A DNA stretch of 60,257 nucleotides, taken from IMG/VR virus record IMGVR_UViG_3300027759_000010, positions 1 through 60,257 of that record, one strand, 5' to 3'. Positions within the stretch are counted from its first letter, which is position 1. Each line of letters begins with the position of its first letter. This stretch comes from a virus (Duplodnaviria; Caudoviricetes). This document shows positions 15,434 to 23,440 of this stretch, piece by piece. Under the pieces are notes generated by a model that saw only the letters and a list, made by a program, of their open reading frames with translations, did not search any database and was not told the origin of the DNA. A program made the translations under genes and the position numbers.

Positions 15434-16504
15434 ATGGCAGAAATCAATTTCGGTAAGAGCATCACGCTCAAGCAAGCGGCTAACCTTATCCGCACAAACC
15501 CAACGACTCGGTTCTTACTGCAAGGTGAGCCCGGCATTGGGAAGTCTTCCCTACTAGAGAATATCGCTGACTCCCTCGGCTATGAGCATGCGTACATCGA
15601 TGTGCCGAACATGGACTTGGGCGATATTGCGATGCCTGTGATCGACCACGACACAAAGACTACCCGCTACTACCCTAACGCTAGGTTCAAGATACACGAG
15701 AAGAAGCCGCTGGTCATCATGCTCGATGAGTTCACTAAGGGTGCTGACCCCGTGAAGAACATGCTTCACCCCATGCTAGAGAAGGCTAACCCGAGGCTTG
15801 GTGACATCCCCCTCACCACTTCACCGCCAACCATTGTGTTTCTCACAGGTAATCTAACTACCGATGGAGTGGGTGATTCCCTCAAAGCACATAGCCGTAA
15901 CCGCTTAGTCCCAGTAACGATTGCTAAACCCGATGCCGAGCAGTGGATTGAGTGGGCGATCGGTAAAGGTATCGAAGCCGAGGTGATTGCATGGGTGAGC
16001 CGTTTCCCGCAAGTACTCGCAAGCTACACCGATGGGGCGCAGGGTGACAACCCGTACATCTACAACCCACGCAAGACTCAGCATGCGTTCGTATCACCAC
16101 GCTCATTGGAGACGGCGAGCAACATTGTCCGCACTCGCAAAGAGAACGACCCTGATTCAGTGATTGCCGCCTTGACTGGTGCGATCGGTGAATCCGGTGC
16201 GCGTGATATGCAAGCGTACATTGAGTTCTCAGATCAGCTACCCACATGGGAGGCCACGATCAAAGAGCCAAAGACTACGACAGTACCGACAAGTTCGGGA
16301 GCCTGCGCTATTGTGGTGTTCGGTGCTATCTCTCGCATTACGAAGGAAACCATTAGCCCGTTCATGGAGTACTTGGAGAGGTTCGATGCCGAGTGGCAAG
16401 CCGTGTTCGCTATCAACATTGCCAAGAACTCCACTAAGCAGAGCATTGCGTTCTCAAGCAGTGCGTTCAAGGACTGGGTTGTTAAGAACCAAGACCTGCT
16501 CTGA
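15434..16504 (+). CDS. MoxR-like AAA+ ATPase
   Basis: GEPGIGKS Walker A, IMLDEF Walker B, TGN sensor, NR finger, SPRS sensor II. Confidence 0.85.
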   Translation: MAEINFGKSITLKQAANLIRTNPTTRFLLQGEPGIGKSSLLENIADSLGYEHAYIDVPNMDLGDIAMPVIDHDTKTTRYYPNARFKIHEKKPLVIMLDEFTKGADPVKNMLHPMLEKANPRLGDIPLTTSPPTIVFLTGNLTTDGVGDSLKAHSRNRLVPVTIAKPDAEQWIEWAIGKGIEAEVIAWVSRFPQVLASYTDGAQGDNPYIYNPRKTQHAFVSPRSLETASNIVRTRKENDPDSVIAALTGAIGESGARDMQAYIEFSDQLPTWEATIKEPKTTTVPTSSGACAIVVFGAISRITKETISPFMEYLERFDAEWQAVFAINIAKNSTKQSIAFSSSAFKDWVVKNQDLL

Positions 16505-16516
16505 GATACCTAACAA

Positions 16517-16738
16517 ATGTTAGGAATGAATGGTATGTCAGCAAGTGACCTCAAGAAACTACCCCGCTACTACATGCAGTGGGTGACTGTGCCCTACCCC
16601 GAGGAGACTGGGGTTGCTCGGTTACAGGTAGAGGGGCTAATCATACGAGACGCCGAGACGGATGGCTTTCCGATTGTGTTTGAGCATACTGATAAGCGAG
16701 TAGTAGCGAAGATGTTAACAATTTTAAACGAAGGGTAA
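16517..16738 (+). CDS. Small hypothetical protein
   Basis: About 70 aa between two dyads; exact start uncertain. Confidence 0.6.
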   Translation: MLGMNGMSASDLKKLPRYYMQWVTVPYPEETGVARLQVEGLIIRDAETDGFPIVFEHTDKRVVAKMLTILNEG

Positions 16739-16741
16739 CAA

Positions 16742-17953
16742 ATGTTAGAAGAAAGAAAAGTTCAGAAGGCGAAGATTACTTTGATGCGTGACCCGAAGTT
16801 TGCTCTTTGGTCGGGCATTTTGATGGTTGGGCGTACTAGCGTAGTGGACAACATTCCGACTGCATGCACCAACGGGCGTGACGAGATGTACGGGCGTAAG
16901 TTTGTAGCCGGACTCAAAGAGCCCGAGTTGAATTTCGTGGTGTTGCATGAGAACTTGCACAAGGCATTCCGTCACCTGACCACATGGAAGAAGCTGCATG
17001 ATGAAGATCACCAGCTCGCTAATTCTGCTTGTGACTACGTTATTAACCTCAAGCTCAAAGACCTCGATCCGAGCGAGCGACTCATTGCGATGCCACGTTG
17101 GGCAGATGGTGAACTCAAGGGCAAACCGATGGGGTTGGTTGACGAGAAGTATCGCGGCCTCAATGCCAAACAAGTGTTCGACCTACTCAAAGAGAAGCAG
17201 GAGGATAACGGCAGCTCGGGCGGTGGTGGCGATGTCCCCGGTGGGTTCGATGAGCACGACTGGGCTGGGGCAAAGGAGATGACCGAGGAGGAGAAGAAGG
17301 TTCTCGAGCGCGAGATAGATCAGGCTATTCGCCAAGGGGTAATGGCGCACCAAAAGATCGCGGGAACTGGTGGTGGTGATCTAGATCGGGACTTGCTTGA
17401 CTTGCTTGAGCCGAAGGTCGACTGGCGTGAGATGTTGCGTGAGTTCGTGAAGTCTACGTGTAGCGCAAAAGATACATCGTCATGGCGTAGGGTGAATCGT
17501 AGGTTCTTGTCTACGGGTATCTACATGCCGAGCCTGATCGGTGAGAAGGTAGGGCACTTGGTTATTGCTGTGGATACGTCAGGTTCTGTTGGGCAGGAAG
17601 AGTTGTCGGGCTTCCTAACAGAAGTTAGGGGTATCGCAGAAGAAGTTAAGCCGAGCCAAGTGGACTTGATCTATTGGGATAGCCGAGTAGCCGCACACGA
17701 AGAGTACACCGAGAACGATGTGTCCAACATCATTAACTCGACCAAGCCTAAAGGCGGTGGTGGTACGTCACCCTCATGCGTGTCTAGGTACTTGAAAGAC
17801 AAGCACATTGCGCCCGAGTGCGTCATCGTTCTCACCGATGGGTACGTGGGTGAAGACTGGGGTAGCGACTGGACTGCGCCTGTACTGTGGGCGATCGTAG
17901 GAGGAAACGATTGTGTTGCAGGCAATGGCAAAACAGTTCATGTCAAGGACTAA
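16742..17953 (+). CDS. Metallopeptidase plus vWA domain protein (DUF2201-like)
   Basis: HENLH zincin motif; MIDAS DTSGS, GGGT, LTDGY. Confidence 0.85.
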   Translation: MLEERKVQKAKITLMRDPKFALWSGILMVGRTSVVDNIPTACTNGRDEMYGRKFVAGLKEPELNFVVLHENLHKAFRHLTTWKKLHDEDHQLANSACDYVINLKLKDLDPSERLIAMPRWADGELKGKPMGLVDEKYRGLNAKQVFDLLKEKQEDNGSSGGGGDVPGGFDEHDWAGAKEMTEEEKKVLEREIDQAIRQGVMAHQKIAGTGGGDLDRDLLDLLEPKVDWREMLREFVKSTCSAKDTSSWRRVNRRFLSTGIYMPSLIGEKVGHLVIAVDTSGSVGQEELSGFLTEVRGIAEEVKPSQVDLIYWDSRVAAHEEYTENDVSNIINSTKPKGGGGTSPSCVSRYLKDKHIAPECVIVLTDGYVGEDWGSDWTAPVLWAIVGGNDCVAGNGKTVHVKD

Positions 17954-17987
17954 GTGGTGGTTCATAACAAATGTTAGGAGAGCAAAA

Positions 17988-18218
17988 ATGATTGTAGTGA
18001 CTATGGGGTATTCAGATTACGTGATGAGCGCCAAGGATGCGTTCACACTCAGTGAGATTCTTAGCCGAGCCGAGAGGTACGAGAACAAGTACCGAGGTAG
18101 TGGTAATGAGAATACGTTCCACGTGTATGAGAACGACAAACCGTTCCCCATGCACATCATTGCCGACGACATATATCGTATGGCTAAGTTAGCCGGTAAA
18201 CCAACCAAGGAGAATTGA
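17988..18218 (+). CDS. Hypothetical protein
   Basis: AGGAG RBS after a dyad; MIVVTMGYSDYVM. Confidence 0.7.
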   Translation: MIVVTMGYSDYVMSAKDAFTLSEILSRAERYENKYRGSGNENTFHVYENDKPFPMHIIADDIYRMAKLAGKPTKEN

Positions 18219-18219
18219 A

Positions 18220-18402
18220 ATGAAATTAGAAGATGTACAGAACGCGCTGTTCGCAGCGTATGACTTACGAAATGCCATGACATCGGCAGACAAGCGCCGA
18301 CCTACAGCCAACGAGAATTTTGGTACGAGCCTTGCCGAAGTGATTGAGTTTTTGGTAGGGCTTGAAGAAGAGTTTTTATCATCAGAAGGAGAAACATTAT
18401 GA
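18220..18402 (+). CDS. Hypothetical protein
   Basis: 60 aa, AAGGAG RBS. Confidence 0.65.
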   Translation: MKLEDVQNALFAAYDLRNAMTSADKRRPTANENFGTSLAEVIEFLVGLEEEFLSSEGETL

Positions 18403-19247
18403 GTATTAGCGCATCAGCAGTTTTGGTCGAGTTGAACCTTAGCGTTTGGCCTGCCGCAAAGATCGACCGTGAACTTACGAACCAAGTCAACACCAATGCG
18501 TCTGCCCACAAGGACGCATCACAGACCAAGAAGAATCTGTTTGCGGGTACAAGCCTACGAGCAGACATCGAGAAGTTCGCCGCAAGGGTACGTCTCTATC
18601 ACAACCAACACACGTTGCCGTGGGCTGACAAGGGTGAGCGCATGTTGCCGACCAAGTTATTCATGGACTACAAGCAGACTATGAATGGATACGAGCGTAC
18701 GTTCAACATGCTATGCGATAACTTCTTTGATGAGTACGAGACTCTGGTGCAGGATGCCAAGGTGAACCTTGCCGGTATGTACAAAGCAGAAGACTATCCT
18801 GATCTAACAAATGTTAAGACTAAGTTCAGCTTTAGACGTAGCGTGAAGCCTTTGCCCGAGGCTGGTGACTTTCGCTTGGACATTCCCGCGCATGACTTAG
18901 AGGAGATGCGAGCCGCGTACGAAGGTCAGTATTCGGACAAGCTGGCCGAAGCGATGCGAGCACCGTGGGAGCGCCTGCATAAAGTTCTCTTAGGTATGTC
19001 TGAGAAGCTGGAAAGCTCAGGCGATGAGAAGAAGCGTTTCCACGACTCATTGATCTCCAACCCACTGGAGTTGTGTGAGTTGCTGACGAAACTGAACGTT
19101 ACTAACGACCCGAAGCTGGAGGATGCACGTAGGCAAGTAGAACTAGCCATGCTCGGGGCCGACATTGAAGAAGTCAAGGATAGCCCGCTGGTTCGTGAGA
19201 ATCTGAAGTCCAAGGTTGACGCCATCCTTGGTAAGTTCGAATGGTAA
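18399..19247 (+). CDS. Conserved helical protein (DUF3150-like)
   Basis: 282 aa, HTLPW...R.LP...YP...F.F pattern; family call tentative. Confidence 0.65.
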   Translation: MSISASAVLVELNLSVWPAAKIDRELTNQVNTNASAHKDASQTKKNLFAGTSLRADIEKFAARVRLYHNQHTLPWADKGERMLPTKLFMDYKQTMNGYERTFNMLCDNFFDEYETLVQDAKVNLAGMYKAEDYPDLTNVKTKFSFRRSVKPLPEAGDFRLDIPAHDLEEMRAAYEGQYSDKLAEAMRAPWERLHKVLLGMSEKLESSGDEKKRFHDSLISNPLELCELLTKLNVTNDPKLEDARRQVELAMLGADIEEVKDSPLVRENLKSKVDAILGKFEW

Positions 19248-19272
19248 TAACATTTGTTAGGAGTAGGTGAGT

Positions 19273-20151
19273 ATGAGTATGAATACATTGAATTTGAGCA
19301 ACGTGGTGCTCAGCGAAGACTTAGAGGGGCAGCGTAGCAAGATCGGAGGCGTTCACAAGTTGATCGACCCTGTGGTTAACCGACTGGCTACGTTGAATCC
19401 GCTTTGGATATTCGAGGCTAGGGCTAGAGGTAACGTCCCCAGTGGGTACATGGTGGATAACTTTGTTGTCAAGTTAGACGGTGAGCCTTTGGGTTGCATT
19501 ACAAACAGCTACATGGGTAGCCGGGGCTATGTGATCTCTATCAGCAACGACCGTATTGGTAAGAGCCGATCACGTAGCGATTCGTATCGCACTGCTGATG
19601 CAGACAAAGCTGTACTCATGGCGAAGAAGATGTTTGGCAAGATGAATCCGACTGAGCGTATCAGCAAGGCTAATGCTGCGGCAGAACGTGTAGTGACTCG
19701 GGGAGCTTGGAACAAAGAGCGAGAGCGTCAGACCCATACCAGCACAGTGCATGGTGCGTTGCTAGCGTGGGCTGAGAGCAAGGGCATGCCAATGTTCTTG
19801 GAGTTCATCGACAAGGAAGCGCTACTGGACACTAGGCAAAAGATTACTACTAGCATGGAAAAGCTAGAGGTGATTAACACCGAGATGAAAACTATCGAGC
19901 GTGTTCAGAAGGACTTCAACGACAGTAAAACTGCGCTAGTGGTCAAAGACTCGGGTAAGTATCTAGTCAGGATAGGTGACAAGGTAGACCTATACGATGA
20001 TAATACGCTCCCCGTGGATATGCGTATGAAGATGGGTATGCTCAAGTTGGTGGAAGACGAGCAGTACATCACTGACGTAGGCTGCAAGGTGACGAGTGAG
20101 ATATTTGTTTTGTTGGTCGACAAGGAGGCCGTGCATGAAAGCCGTACTTGA
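19273..20151 (+). CDS. Hypothetical protein
   Basis: About 292-aa ORF after a dyad and AGGAG RBS. Confidence 0.75.
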   Translation: MSMNTLNLSNVVLSEDLEGQRSKIGGVHKLIDPVVNRLATLNPLWIFEARARGNVPSGYMVDNFVVKLDGEPLGCITNSYMGSRGYVISISNDRIGKSRSRSDSYRTADADKAVLMAKKMFGKMNPTERISKANAAAERVVTRGAWNKERERQTHTSTVHGALLAWAESKGMPMFLEFIDKEALLDTRQKITTSMEKLEVINTEMKTIERVQKDFNDSKTALVVKDSGKYLVRIGDKVDLYDDNTLPVDMRMKMGMLKLVEDEQYITDVGCKVTSEIFVLLVDKEAVHESRT

Positions 20152-20320
20152 GTTCACGTATCCACAAGATGAGACCAAGCTCAAGCATGCGTTGAAGGGT
20201 GAGGACTACTACTTGGCGTTGATTGAAATTGACCGAGCGCTTGTGAATGCTCGACAGTTTGGAGGAGCCGACATGCCCGACAGGATTAGATATATTTTAG
20301 AGGGGGTAATAGATGTATGA
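20135..20320 (+). CDS. Small hypothetical protein
   Basis: AAGGAGG RBS, MKAVLEFTYPQD. Confidence 0.7.
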   Translation: MKAVLEFTYPQDETKLKHALKGEDYYLALIEIDRALVNARQFGGADMPDRIRYILEGVIDV

Positions 20321-20481
20321 AATGCCCCCTATGCCAAGCCCCAACGGAGATTAAAGACTCACGACTGACTAGCAAAGGCTACGTAAGACGTAGGAAATGT
20401 TTTAACGACCACGTATTCAAGACTGTGGAAACACTGCTGACCGAACCTAAAAAGAAGGGGAGTAAAAATGACAGGGATTGA
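20317..20481 (+). CDS. NrdR-like zinc-ribbon protein (54 aa)
   Basis: Manual translation MKCPLCQAPTEIKDSR...VRRRKCFNDHVFKTVE, resembling the NrdR N-terminal Zn ribbon. Confidence 0.7.
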   Translation: MKCPLCQAPTEIKDSRLTSKGYVRRRKCFNDHVFKTVETLLTEPKKKGSKNDRD

Positions 20482-20671
20482 GAACCTAAAACTGGAACAA
20501 CAAAAGAAAGGGCGGGGGCTTGGTAAGAAACCCGCACTGTTCTGTACGAGCTTGCGTCTACCAAAGGATGTGATGGATTACTTCAACACAAACTTCGCGT
20601 ATACAAAGCAAGCCAAGATGAGAGAAATTCTTACCGAGTATGTTAGCAACCAAACAGGAGATAAAGCATGA
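20468..20671 (+). CDS. BrnA-like ribbon-helix-helix protein
   Basis: GRG..KKP....SLRLPKDVMDYF......QAKMREIL..Y pattern. Confidence 0.65.
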   Translation: MTGIENLKLEQQKKGRGLGKKPALFCTSLRLPKDVMDYFNTNFAYTKQAKMREILTEYVSNQTGDKA

Positions 20672-21201
20672 TTAAACCAGCACAAAACAAAGCGGCGCAA
20701 ATCCGTGAGTACATTGCGGCTAACCCCAAAGCTAAACCAGCAGAAATAGGCAAGGCAGTGGGCTCTAGCAAACAGTACGTATACATAGTGCAGAGTAAAG
20801 AAAAGGCCAAGATAGCGAAGAAGGCCAAGGCAGCGAAGAAGACTAAGCCCGCACACAAACCTAATTGGAAACGGTTGGGTTTCTTTAGTTCAGACACTCC
20901 AGTGGTCGAGGATACAGTTACCGATACGTACAAAGACCGTATGATGGAGTTGGCATACGCAGCGACAACGGGTAGGGCGAAGATACGTATGGAAGGCGAC
21001 CGAGGCGACCCGGTTAACAACCCTGCTCATTACACAGTAGGGGGAATCGAGACGATTGACTTCATCGAAGCTAAGAAGTTGAACTACCGCCTTGGTAACG
21101 TGGTGAAGTACCTGACACGTGCCGACCACAAGGGCAACAAGATCGAAGACCTACGTAAAGCGCAGTGGTACTTGGAGCGAGAGATCGAGAGCCTGTCCTA
21201 A
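20668..21201 (+). CDS. DUF3310 domain protein with Lys-rich N-terminal extension
   Basis: DPVNNPAHYT.GGIETIDFI...GNVVKYLTRADHKG..EDLRKAQWYL. Confidence 0.8.
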   Translation: MIKPAQNKAAQIREYIAANPKAKPAEIGKAVGSSKQYVYIVQSKEKAKIAKKAKAAKKTKPAHKPNWKRLGFFSSDTPVVEDTVTDTYKDRMMELAYAATTGRAKIRMEGDRGDPVNNPAHYTVGGIETIDFIEAKKLNYRLGNVVKYLTRADHKGNKIEDLRKAQWYLEREIESLS

Positions 21202-21228
21202 CTTTTGTTAGGAGTTAGGGTAATCACT

Positions 21229-21251
21229 AGCCACCTTCGGGTGGCTTTTTT
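21229..21251 (+). terminator. Rho-independent terminator ending the early region
   Basis: AGCCACC-TTCG-GGTGGCT-TTTTT. Confidence 0.85.
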
Positions 21252-21263
21252 GCGTCTGTAGTA

Positions 21264-21291
21264 TTGACAAAGTAAAAACTTCGGATAGAAT
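21264..21291 (+). promoter_or_regulatory. Promoter for replication genes
   Basis: TTGACA-N16-TAGAAT. Confidence 0.7.
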
Positions 21292-21320
21292 TAAGACTCG
21301 AAAACAAATTGGAGTGTTAG

Positions 21321-21626
21321 ATGGCGACCACGCCCGAGGCAAAAGTTAAAGCCAAGATCAAGGCTATCTTAAAAGCCCACAACATCTACTACGCCATGCC
21401 TATCGGCACTGGCTACGGCAACAGCGGTGTGCCCGACTTCCTGTGTTGCATCAACGGTCACTTTGTGGCTATCGAAGCCAAGGCTGGCAAGGGTAAAGTT
21501 ACTGCGCTACAACAAAAAAACCTACGCGAGATACAAGATGCAGGGGGCATAACCCTAGTTCTTAACGAGGAGAGTTTTAATCTGCGACCATCCCCCCTTG
21601 AGTTTGTATTGAAAGAGCTCGCATGA
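21321..21626 (+). CDS. VRR-NUC domain nuclease (possible resolvase)
   Basis: PE.KVK...GVPD...IEAKA...TALQ. Confidence 0.85.
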   Translation: MATTPEAKVKAKIKAILKAHNIYYAMPIGTGYGNSGVPDFLCCINGHFVAIEAKAGKGKVTALQQKNLREIQDAGGITLVLNEESFNLRPSPLEFVLKELA

Positions 21627-23440
21627 AATTTTTAACGATTGACTTTGAGACCTACTACTCACGTGAGTTCAGCCTAACAAAAGTTACCACTGAGGAATAC
21701 ATTCGCAGTGAGCAGTTTGAGGCTATCGGTGTAGCTGTACAGGTGGACGATGCAAAGCCCGAGTGGTTCAGCGGCGATGCTGAATCCATGCACCAGTTCC
21801 TTGCTCAATTTGATTGGGCTAACAGCTTAGCTATTGCGCACAACGCCCCGTTCGATGGTGCAATTTTGAAGTGGGTCTACGGACTCAGCCCTAAAGGTTG
21901 GCTTGATACTTTGTCTATGGGCAGAGCGCTACACGGTACGGAGGTAGGTGGTAGCTTGAAGGTGCTAGCTAATTACTACGGCCTTGGCGAGAAGGGTACG
22001 GAGGTTGAGAACGCCTTGGGTCTGCACCGTGCCGACTTCAGCCCCGAGCAGTTGGCTAGGTACGGCGATTACTGCAAGAACGATGTGGCGCTTACGTGGG
22101 AATTGTTTGGGCAGATGAGCAAAGGTTTCCCCAAGGTTGAGTTGCGCCTGATCGACTTGACTGTGCGTATGTTCACCGAGCCGGTACTGCGCTTAGATAC
22201 CGTTTTGTTAGACAGCTACTTAGAAGAGGTTGTGAAAAAGAAGCGCTTTGCACTGGCTAACTACGACCGCGATGATTTGATGAGCAACCCAAAGTTTGCC
22301 GAGTTGCTTGTAAAGCTTGGTGTCGAGCCGCCTATGAAGGTCAGCCCCGCGACGGGCAAACAAACCTTTGCATTCTCCAAGACAGACGAAGCGTTCAAGG
22401 CATTGCTTGAACATGAAAACCCCGAGGTACAGGCTTTAGTAGCAGCGAGATTGGGCACTAAATCTACAATAGAAGAGACAAGAACTGAGAGGTTCATTGG
22501 TATTGCCAAGCGCGGTGCGTTACCTGTACCCCTACGCTACTATGCCGCGCACACTGGACGTTGGGGCGGGGATGACAAGCTGAACTTGCAGAACTTACCA
22601 CGGGGTTCTGTGCTTAAGAGTTGCATCGAAGCGCCGGATGGGTATCTGATGATTGACTCAGACTCATCACAAATTGAAGCCCGTACGCTGGCATGGCTTG
22701 CAGAACAGAACGACTTGGTAGATGCGTTTGATAGGGGTGAAGATGTTTATAAAATTATGGCGTCTGCTATCTATAACAAAGATGTGTCAGCGATTACAAA
22801 AGACGAGAGGTTTGTTGGCAAGACTACGATTCTTGGTTGCGGCTACGGCATGGGGGCAAAGAAGTTCCAAGCGCAACTCAAGAACTTTGGTGTGGCGATT
22901 GATTTGGACGAAGCGACACGCATTATTGACACGTACCGCGCAACGTATCCGAAGATTGTTGAGCTATGGAAGTCTGCGGCGTCAGCCCTAAAGTCCATAC
23001 TACAGAAACAGCACACCACGCTAGGCCGAGGCGATATTTTAAAAGTCGAGGGCGTCAAGGGTATTTTGTTACCCAACACCTTGTACTTGCGTTACCCCAA
23101 CTTGCGTAAGCTCCAAGACGATGACGGCGAGATCGAACTTGTATACGACACCAAGAAGGGCAAAGCAATTATTCCAACACGCATCTACGGCGGCAAGGTG
23201 ATTGAGAACGTGTGTCAAGCCTTGGCTCGGATTGTGATCGGTGAGCAGATGCTATTGGTTGCGAAGAAGTACCGAGTGGTTATGACTGTGCATGACGCTA
23301 TCGCTTGCATTGTGCCGTCTGAACAGGTTGAAAACGCTATGGAGTACGTTGAGATGTGCATGCGTACACGACCAGATTGGGGCATGGATTTACCACTGAA
23401 CTGCGAGGCAGGGTACGGGAGAAATTATGGAGCATGCTAA
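21623..23440 (+). CDS. polA: DNA polymerase family A with 3'-5' exonuclease
   Basis: Exonuclease DFET, HNAPFD, YCKND; polymerase motif A DSSQIEAR, B RFVGKTTILGCGYG, C VHD. Confidence 0.95.
   Translation: MKFLTIDFETYYSREFSLTKVTTEEYIRSEQFEAIGVAVQVDDAKPEWFSGDAESMHQFLAQFDWANSLAIAHNAPFDGAILKWVYGLSPKGWLDTLSMGRALHGTEVGGSLKVLANYYGLGEKGTEVENALGLHRADFSPEQLARYGDYCKNDVALTWELFGQMSKGFPKVELRLIDLTVRMFTEPVLRLDTVLLDSYLEEVVKKKRFALANYDRDDLMSNPKFAELLVKLGVEPPMKVSPATGKQTFAFSKTDEAFKALLEHENPEVQALVAARLGTKSTIEETRTERFIGIAKRGALPVPLRYYAAHTGRWGGDDKLNLQNLPRGSVLKSCIEAPDGYLMIDSDSSQIEARTLAWLAEQNDLVDAFDRGEDVYKIMASAIYNKDVSAITKDERFVGKTTILGCGYGMGAKKFQAQLKNFGVAIDLDEATRIIDTYRATYPKIVELWKSAASALKSILQKQHTTLGRGDILKVEGVKGILLPNTLYLRYPNLRKLQDDDGEIELVYDTKKGKAIIPTRIYGGKVIENVCQALARIVIGEQMLLVAKKYRVVMTVHDAIACIVPSEQVENAMEYVEMCMRTRPDWGMDLPLNCEAGYGRNYGAC

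Larger units (their letters stand above)
11988..21687. repeat. Dispersed 14-bp dyad motif CTAAC-N4-GTTAG, about 20 copies
   Basis: Copies (some with 1-2 mismatches) start at 11988, 12689, 12864 (degenerate), 12920, 13083, 13570, 13757, 14498, 14586, 14875, 15117, 15391, 16510, 16735, 17615, 17964, 18804, 19247, 21198, 21674. Confidence 0.9.

Noticed and set aside
11988-21687. CTAAC...GTTAG dyads as integron attC sites
   Set aside because: They resemble the RYYYAAC/GTTRRRY cores and hold stop codons, but the cores are only 4 bp apart with no L boxes, and no tyrosine recombinase is recognisable
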